Source: Lachnospiraceae bacterium
GTDB taxonomy: Bacteria > Bacillota > Clostridia > Lachnospirales > Lachnospiraceae
Assembly: GCA_024681985.1 (NCBI GenBank)
Contig: JAIKZU010000112.1
Coordinates: forward strand, 1 to 59,116
DNA: 59,116 nt
Direction: 5' to 3'
Under the pieces are notes generated by a model. The model was not told the DNA's origin. It did not search any database and was given only the letters and a program-made list of their open reading frames with translations. The position numbers and the translations under genes were made by a program. Positions 53,214 through 59,116 of the stretch are shown here, in pieces (the first letter of the stretch is position 1; every line of letters begins with the position of its first letter).

Positions 53214-55202
53214 TTATTTCACCGTGTACTTTCCGTTTTTCAATTTGGAAATGGTCTTGGCCAGGTTTTCCGTCTTTACGGTAATCGATTTCTGATTCCC
53301 CTTGTTATTTCTCGTGATGGAAACCGTTTCCTTCGTTCTTAAAGAATTCGTATTTACCTTTACGGTCTTTAAGGTTTTCTTTTGACTCTTAACTTTTAAA
53401 TTAATAGTTGCATCGGTGTTCCCGGCATCTTCATAGATTTTTTCCGCCATGGCCACAAGATCCGTTTTGGTAATATTTCCCTTTGTTACGGATGCCGTTA
53501 CCTTCACAGACGTCGTGTTCCCGTCTTCATCGGTCTCCACAACCACCTTCGCGGTATAGGTTTTTGTCTTCTCCGTAACTGTGGTGGTCACGGTGCCGTC
53601 CTCATTCGTTACGGATGTGGTTGTTGTTACGGATCCGTCGGAGTTTTTCACTGTTGTGGTACTTTCGTCCTCATCTTCATCGTCGGAACTCGTTGATGTG
53701 GAGGAAACTGCAAAAGCTGTGCCACCGGAAGGACTTCCGGAAGAGCTCACAGAAGATGCCGATGATGTGGTGCTTTGTGTTGTCGTAGTTTCAGATGATG
53801 TGGTAAACGTTTCACCACTCATCCCTTCCGGAGGTTCGCCCGGAAATCCGTTCATATCACTTGGCATCTCTCCCGGCGCTCCGTTTGGCATCTCTCCCGG
53901 CGTTCCGTTGGATGAAGAACCGCTTGATGAAGACGTCATGGAAATCGCTTCGCCCTCTGACTGCGTTCCGGCCTCATAGGCATTACCGTTTACATAGAGA
54001 CTGTGTCCGTTCAGATTAATGGATCCGGATCCACAGGAAAGTGAAGTAACGAAACTATCGCCCGTCAAAGTCCATGCACAACCATCGGGAACGGAAACAT
54101 ACACACTTCCTGCCTGTCCGCTTGTGTTAATGGCACCACTGTAGGTGGAACCATTTGACAATACCAGATTCAGCGCGGAACTGCTGTCAACTGTAATAGC
54201 ACCGTTCAATTCCTGCGCACTTGCATTCATGGTCACTTTTCCGCCGTTGGAACCGCTGCTGCCCCAAGGTCCTGCTGCCGCTAAAAGCAAATCTCCGCTT
54301 ACAGTTGCAAGCGTTGCATTCGAAAGTGTAATGGTACTTGTAGTATTGGTCACATAAAACATAGTACCGTTTGCAGCTGACATGCTTCCGCCGTTCATTG
54401 TGAATGAAGATGTTCCGTCAGAAGCGTCTCCGGACATGGACTGGTAAAGCATAACATTCTGATACGTCTGACACTGTCCGTTCTTTTGGGTGTTGGAAGC
54501 AGTAACCGTACAATTGTTTAAGGTGACCGAATTACCACCTTCCACAACCACCGCTTCCGAAACATTGGATTGCAGCGACGCATTGGTTACTTCTATGTCT
54601 GCCGTGGAATAAATTGCCGGAGAACCGACGCCGGTCGTCGTGAAACTACCTCCCGTCACATTTACATCACCACCGCCCCGGTCGGAACGAATGGCCGCCG
54701 ATGAGCCGCCCTGTGTCGTCACCGTCAAGTCAGAGGCATTCATGGTGGCTCCACCGGTGGTCATAATGCCGCCGGAATTATTTGCAGATGTATTGATTGT
54801 TACATCCGACACGTTTACCGTCGTTCCGCTTCCATAGGAAAATACACCGTTTGCATATGCTCCATTTGTTGTTACGGTTCCGCCGTCCATGGTTAAAGTC
54901 GCACCGTTGGTGGCAAGAACCGCCGCGTTCGTTCCATAAAAGTCAGCATTTTCTCCACTGCCGCTGCCGGACTTCGTAACCGTGGCATCCGTTAAGGTGA
55001 CATTTGTCCCATCCACCAAAACCGCATTCTCGTTGGCTGTGGTGGAGTTATAAGAACCGGAAGTGGCACTTTGGGTAACGGTTTGTGCATACGCATACAA
55101 GGCTTCGTTCGTAAATGCACCTCCCGCAATCAGCATACCTGACATCACAATGGCTGCCGTTTTCTTTGCAAATTTGTGGGTTATATTTTTGTTTCGATTC
55201 AT
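53214..55202 (-). CDS. Secreted parallel beta-helix repeat protein (possibly Cthe_2159-like carbohydrate-binding) with a Ser/Thr-rich linker and a Lys/Thr-rich C-terminal domain
   Basis: 662 aa. It has a signal peptide and repeated G-x-V/T-x-T motifs (GGTVTTNGAYANGVFS, GGSFTTTGVGSPAIYS, and so on). It also has a PGEMP repeat, a poly-S/T stretch, and a beta-rich tail. No LPXTG motif is present. Confidence 0.6.
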   Translation of the reverse strand: MNRNKNITHKFAKKTAAIVMSGMLIAGGAFTNEALYAYAQTVTQSATSGSYNSTTANENAVLVDGTNVTLTDATVTKSGSGSGENADFYGTNAAVLATNGATLTMDGGTVTTNGAYANGVFSYGSGTTVNVSDVTINTSANNSGGIMTTGGATMNASDLTVTTQGGSSAAIRSDRGGGDVNVTGGSFTTTGVGSPAIYSTADIEVTNASLQSNVSEAVVVEGGNSVTLNNCTVTASNTQKNGQCQTYQNVMLYQSMSGDASDGTSSFTMNGGSMSAANGTMFYVTNTTSTITLSNATLATVSGDLLLAAAGPWGSSGSNGGKVTMNASAQELNGAITVDSSSALNLVLSNGSTYSGAINTSGQAGSVYVSVPDGCAWTLTGDSFVTSLSCGSGSINLNGHSLYVNGNAYEAGTQSEGEAISMTSSSSGSSSNGTPGEMPNGAPGEMPSDMNGFPGEPPEGMSGETFTTSSETTTTQSTTSSASSVSSSGSPSGGTAFAVSSTSTSSDDEDEDESTTTVKNSDGSVTTTTSVTNEDGTVTTTVTEKTKTYTAKVVVETDEDGNTTSVKVTASVTKGNITKTDLVAMAEKIYEDAGNTDATINLKVKSQKKTLKTVKVNTNSLRTKETVSITRNNKGNQKSITVKTENLAKTISKLKNGKYTVK

Positions 55203-55205
55203 AAA

Positions 55206-55272
55206 AAAACTCCTTTCGTTCTTCTCCGTACAGGAATTATTCCTGTCACATTAAAGATTCGAAAGGAGTTTT
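55206..55272 (-). promoter_or_regulatory. Nested hairpin that sequesters the SD of the beta-helix gene and resembles a terminator
   Basis: The outer arms AAAACTCCTTTCG (55206-55218) and CGAAAGGAGTTTT (55260-55272) are perfect 13-bp complements. They enclose the palindrome ACAGGAAT-T-ATTCCTGT (55230-55246). On the mRNA the 3-prime arm contains the SD and is followed by UUU-AUG. Confidence 0.55.
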
Positions 55273-55302
55273 ATAAATTTTGGGGTAGGTTGAAAAATAT
55301 TA

Positions 55303-55656
55303 TTATCTTTTTCCCATTCCATGTTTCCGAAGATAGCGGTCAATTTCACTCAGACCATCGTCCGCCGAGTCTTCGCGCTTTGTCACCTCGTCATAAAGTG
55401 CTTTTTTACAAACGGTAACAAGTTCTTTTCTTTTCTCCTCGTCATACCAGGTGTCGATTCGTTCTTTTTTATCCGCCCCTTCGGGAAAAGTAAGATTGCT
55501 GAGGGAAAACATAAGCTGGGATGTTACCCGTTGTCTTGCGATTTGGAGGGACTCCTCATCCATCTTCTTTTCCGGATAGTCAAAGGCAAAGTCTCTCTTC
55601 GTTATATCAAATATCTCCGTGGCCTTCTCTTCCACGATTCTTGCTACATCATCCAT
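55303..55656 (-). CDS. Hypothetical protein
   Basis: ATG at 55656 lies 7 nt after GGGGGAG (117 aa). The track's GTG start at 55752 would put the coding sequence within 6 nt of the divergent promoter. I recognise no motif. Confidence 0.45.
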   Translation of the reverse strand: MDDVARIVEEKATEIFDITKRDFAFDYPEKKMDEESLQIARQRVTSQLMFSLSNLTFPEGADKKERIDTWYDEEKRKELVTVCKKALYDEVTKREDSADDGLSEIDRYLRKHGMGKR

Positions 55657-55757
55657 AAGAAAACTCCCCCATAATCCGATTTTATCAGTGGTTTCCCACC
55701 GGTTACCTAAATTATAAAACCAACCCTTGGGAAAAGCAATTTTCAAAACCACACTTT

Positions 55758-55786
55758 TTGCACTTCCCCCCTTCCTTTAGTATAAT
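55758..55786 (+). promoter_or_regulatory. Sigma-A promoter of the two-component system
   Basis: TTGCAC, 17 nt, TATAAT. Confidence 0.6.
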
Positions 55787-55822
55787 GTGTAAGGAATTTT
55801 AACGACAATCGAGGAAAAGACA

Positions 55823-57448
55823 TTGATAAAACTTTTTTTGGTAGAAGATGAGATCGCCATGCGCGAAGGCATCAAAAAGCATATTGACTGGGAGTCCGAG
55901 GATATCGAGTTTGTGGGAGAAGCCAGTGACGGTGAATTGGCCTTTCCCATGATATTGGAAAAGAAACCGGACATCCTACTTACGGATATCAAGATGCCCT
56001 TTGTGGACGGATTGGAACTATCCGAAATGGTACGCCGGGAACTGCCGGACACCCAGATCATGATTCTGTCCGGTTATGACGAATTCGAATATGCGAGAAA
56101 GGCGATCTCTTTAGGCGTCACGGAATATATATTAAAACCTATTGCTCCTGCCGCTCTTCTGGAAAAGATCAAGCAGGTGCAAAAAAAGATCGAAGAGGAC
56201 AGGATCCACCAGAAGCATTTGTCCAATGAGGAAAAGGCAGAGACTATCGAGCAGGATCGGCTGAAGCTTTTCTCTGCACTGGTGATGAATACCATGTCCA
56301 TGCCGGACATCCTGTCCCAGGGGAAGGACCTCCATATTGGGTTGACGGGTCGCTATTTTGCGGTGGCACTGTTTTCCTTCCGGGTGGAGGGAGAAAAGGA
56401 AAACGATTATTCCGAGGTCCGCAACCGCTTTCGTCTGGAGCTGGATGAAACCGTGGGGGCTTATGAGAACTGGTATGTCTTTGATCGGGAGGAAAACGGC
56501 TTTGCCCTTTTGGGAGTAGGATCCGATGAGGCGGACTTCGCGGATGAAGTACCGGAAGTCGTGGATGAGATCACCGCATTGATCGAGGATACGGATCATG
56601 CCTCCTATTTCATGGGCGTCAGTACCATCGTGGACCGTTTAAGCCGTGTAAAGGATGCGTATTACGAAGCGAACCGTGCCTTTTCCAAACGCTTTTTGAT
56701 GCAGCAGAATCAGGTGATCTATGCGGACGAAGCAGCGGAAAAAGAGGAAGAGGACGAAAAGGCCGTAATGGATCTGAGCGTCGCTCTGACCAACGAATCC
56801 GCAGGGCGGACGGTGGAAAGTTTTTTAAAGACCGGTACTTTCGACGAGATCGCTCCCTTTGTGGAAAACATTTTCGAAAGCATCGGAGAGAAAAACACCT
56901 CTTCCGTTTTATTTGTAAGCTACATCACCATGGATATGTATGTGTCCGTGGCCAGATTCTTAAAAGAACTGGGATATGATGCGGCGGAGTGCATGCGGAA
57001 ATTCGGAGATATCAATGAGATCCTTAAGGACTACGATTCGCTGGCAGTCATTATCGATTTCATGAAAAACATACTGACGGAAGCCATCCACATCCGGGAT
57101 AACACGGCGGAGAAAAAATACGGGTCTCTTTTGGCAAAGGCCCTGTCCTACATCGACGAAAACTTCCGCTCGGATGAGATCTCTCTTAATAACGTGGCTT
57201 CTGCCGTCAATGTCAGTCCGAACCATCTTTCCTCCATTTTTTCAAAGGAAATGGGCATGACTTTCATTGAATATCTCATCAAAAAACGTATGGATGAAGC
57301 GAAGGAGCTTTTGATGACCACCAACAAGCGCAGCTCCGAGATCGCCTACGAGATCGGTTACAAGGATCCGCATTATTTCAGTTACACCTTCAAAAAAACA
57401 GTCGGCATGACCACAAAGGAATACCGTGCCAGAGGGGAACACGAATAA
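55823..57448 (+). CDS. Response regulator with an AraC-type DNA-binding domain (YesN-like)
   Basis: TTG start lies 7 nt after GAGGA. It has a receiver domain (LVEDE...DILLTDIKMP) and a C-terminal AraC HTH (SEIAYEIGYKDPHYFSYTFKK). Confidence 0.9.
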   Translation: MIKLFLVEDEIAMREGIKKHIDWESEDIEFVGEASDGELAFPMILEKKPDILLTDIKMPFVDGLELSEMVRRELPDTQIMILSGYDEFEYARKAISLGVTEYILKPIAPAALLEKIKQVQKKIEEDRIHQKHLSNEEKAETIEQDRLKLFSALVMNTMSMPDILSQGKDLHIGLTGRYFAVALFSFRVEGEKENDYSEVRNRFRLELDETVGAYENWYVFDREENGFALLGVGSDEADFADEVPEVVDEITALIEDTDHASYFMGVSTIVDRLSRVKDAYYEANRAFSKRFLMQQNQVIYADEAAEKEEEDEKAVMDLSVALTNESAGRTVESFLKTGTFDEIAPFVENIFESIGEKNTSSVLFVSYITMDMYVSVARFLKELGYDAAECMRKFGDINEILKDYDSLAVIIDFMKNILTEAIHIRDNTAEKKYGSLLAKALSYIDENFRSDEISLNNVASAVNVSPNHLSSIFSKEMGMTFIEYLIKKRMDEAKELLMTTNKRSSEIAYEIGYKDPHYFSYTFKKTVGMTTKEYRARGEHE

Positions 57449-57451
57449 TCC

Positions 57452-58924
57452 ATGGCAAAGTTCATTTCCAATGTCACCAAAAGAATATCTCTCCGGAGGA
57501 AGCTGGCCCTCATCATCGGTATGATGTTCGTTCCCTATGTGCTCATCACCTCCTTCCTTTTGTCCAACATGGTGCGATTCTACGATGAATACAATATCAT
57601 CGCGGAAAACATTACCATTGCAAACAAATACAACATTGAATTCAAGGAGCAGATGGACGCTGTCATGTACCAGATGGTCATCCGTTCCCTAAACAAAGAG
57701 GAAGTGGCGACCCAGCTGGGCATGAAGAATCCGGATGAGATCATCGGCGATGCCATGACAGCATTTGAGGAGCTGAAAAAGACCTCCTTTTCCGAGGATG
57801 CCATTTCCGCCGCCGGCAGTATCACCGGTCTTTTGGCCAATCTCCAAAACCGCGTGGATGACATCAATAAAAACGTAAAACTCTCCGGATACTACGATCA
57901 GAACGTGCTTTCGTTAGATACGGATATCCGGATTTTGACGGAGTTGGTGCAGGAAAAGATCTCCGAATATAACTACTACGAAGGTGCCACCATGGAAACT
58001 GTCCGGGCAGAGGTGGGGGAGCGTTTAAAGGTGCTGGTACAGATGACTCTGTTGGTCTTTCTCATCATTGCCGGCGTATCCTTGCTTTTGTCTACCATCA
58101 TCTCCCGCAGTATTTCTTCTTCCATAGAGACTTTGGAGAACGCAGTAGAGGAATTCGGACAGGGAAACTTAAATGTTCGTACCAAGGAAGTGGGAGACTC
58201 CGAACTGCAGGCTCTTTATGAATCCTTTAACTCCATGGCCGGCGAGATCGAAGTGCTGGTGGACAACATCAAAAAAGAACAGATCAACTCCCGAAACCTG
58301 GAGTTGAAGCTTTTGCAGGCCCAGATCAATCCCCATTTTCTCTACAACACCCTGGACAATATCGTATGGCTGGTGGAGGACGACCGAAAGGAAGATGCGG
58401 AAAACATCGTCACCTATCTGTCCCAGTTCTTCCGTACCACCTTATCCGGCGGCCGGGACTTTATCCATCTGAGTGAGGAATTCTCACACATCGAGGCATA
58501 TTTAAAGATCCAGTCTTTCCGCTACCGGGATATCCTTTCCTTTGAGCTGGATCTGCCGGAAGATCTAAACGATTACCTCATCATCAAAATGGCCCTGCAG
58601 CCCATCGTAGAAAATGCCCTGTATCACGGGATAAAATACAAACGTTCCATGGGAAAGATCACCGTCCGTGCCACGGAAGAGGACGATCACATCCTGATCC
58701 GCGTGGAGGATGACGGTATCGGAATGGAACAGAATGACTTAGAAGACTTGCGACAGGCGCTCTCCGAAGAAGGACGACCCTCCGAGCAGGATAAGGGCTT
58801 TGGCATGGCAAATGTGGCGGAACGACTGCGGATGAACTACGGAGAGACCTACGGCCTTACCGTAGAAAGTGAATATAAAAAAGGAACCGTCGTGGAAGTA
58901 CGGTTCCCCAAAACAAAAGATTGA
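57452..58924 (+). CDS. Sensor histidine kinase (YesM-like; 2 TM helices, HAMP, His_kinase, HATPase)
   Basis: H-box LLQAQINPHFLYNTL, N-box ENALYHG, and DDGIGM. Confidence 0.9.
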   Translation: MAKFISNVTKRISLRRKLALIIGMMFVPYVLITSFLLSNMVRFYDEYNIIAENITIANKYNIEFKEQMDAVMYQMVIRSLNKEEVATQLGMKNPDEIIGDAMTAFEELKKTSFSEDAISAAGSITGLLANLQNRVDDINKNVKLSGYYDQNVLSLDTDIRILTELVQEKISEYNYYEGATMETVRAEVGERLKVLVQMTLLVFLIIAGVSLLLSTIISRSISSSIETLENAVEEFGQGNLNVRTKEVGDSELQALYESFNSMAGEIEVLVDNIKKEQINSRNLELKLLQAQINPHFLYNTLDNIVWLVEDDRKEDAENIVTYLSQFFRTTLSGGRDFIHLSEEFSHIEAYLKIQSFRYRDILSFELDLPEDLNDYLIIKMALQPIVENALYHGIKYKRSMGKITVRATEEDDHILIRVEDDGIGMEQNDLEDLRQALSEEGRPSEQDKGFGMANVAERLRMNYGETYGLTVESEYKKGTVVEVRFPKTKD

Positions 58925-58942
58925 TGAATCACATGGTTTACG

Positions 58943-58975
58943 AAAAAGGAGTGCCCCGTCGGGACACTCCTTTTT
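58943..58975. terminator. Bidirectional terminator between convergent genes
   Basis: AAAAA-GGAGTGCCC-CGTC-GGGACACTCC-TTTTT, with one bulged A. Confidence 0.6.
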
Positions 58976-58979
58976 ACAG

Positions 58980-59116
58980 TTATTTATTACTTCTGCGCCA
59001 GATGTGCATGGCTTCCGCTTCTTTGATGAGTTCGTCTCTGAAATCCGGATGGGCCACGGAGATGATCTTCTCTGCTCTCTCCCATGCGGAAGATCCCTTT
59101 AAGTTTACCATACCGT
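58980..59116 (-). CDS. C-terminal 45 aa of an acetyl-CoA hydrolase/transferase family enzyme (butyryl-CoA:acetate CoA-transferase-like); partial
   Basis: The reverse complement reads ..[43 protein letters not shown], followed by a stop. This resembles the conserved C-terminus of this family as I recall it. Confidence 0.55.
   Translation of the reverse strand, partial: GMVNLKGSSAWERAEKIISVAHPDFRDELIKEAEAMHIWRRSNK

Noticed and set aside
53095-55302. SigI-type promoters (C-rich -35 plus CGWA -10) upstream of sigI and of the beta-helix gene.
   Set aside because: - ACCCC...CGAA (about 55257-55285) and AAACCGC...CGTAAA (about 53098-53118) are present.
- The spacings (about 20 nt and 6 nt) do not fit what I remember of SigI promoters, and I cannot verify the consensus spacing.
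- The evidence is too weak to call.
1-59116. Mobile elements, prophage, CRISPR arrays, toxin-antitoxin or defence islands.
   Set aside because: - Reading all ORF translations, I found no transposase, integrase, recombinase, Cas, restriction-modification or phage structural signatures.
- I found no regularly spaced repeat arrays.
- A systematic repeat search could not be run.

Overview
The window looks like a chromosomal core segment from a Clostridia bacterium, probably a Lachnospiraceae-type butyrate producer. About 50 genes are packed tightly, and nearly all lie on the minus strand. I saw no rRNA, tRNA, CRISPR array, transposase, integrase or phage genes.

Housekeeping genes:
- ileS (partial), glyA-serS, fused secDF, ispE, cdd-deoC-valS, prfB, ftsEX with an S41 protease, and trxB.

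Accessory modules:
- A 45-aa six-cysteine SCIFF precursor, absent from the ORF track, sits just upstream of its radical SAM/SPASM maturase.
- A divergent PucR-type regulator faces an operon of a Fe-S flavin enoate reductase, an SDR, and an alpha/beta hydrolase fused to about 10 TM helices.
- An MFS transporter, a GDPD and a lysophospholipase form a 3-gene set.
- Four glycosyltransferases are preceded by a self-contained 44-aa membrane micro-ORF.
- A YtfQRT-YjfF-type (galactofuranose-like) ABC transporter carries a second binding-protein paralog.
- A SigI/RsgI pair lies next to a secreted beta-helix protein.
- A YesN/YesM-like two-component system is present.
- An alkyl-sulfatase remnant has lost its catalytic domain.

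Non-coding signals:
- A THF riboswitch with an SD-sequestering platform lies upstream of folT.
- A tight cluster of DnaA boxes sits in the only large AT-rich intergenic region (about 634 bp).
- A TGTTAC-N5-TGTTAC (WalR-type) repeat lies in the leader of an NlpC/P60 hydrolase gene.
- A nested hairpin occludes the SD of the beta-helix gene.
- Many intrinsic terminators are visible.

All family assignments come from reading motifs and from remembered family consensus. No database search was run.
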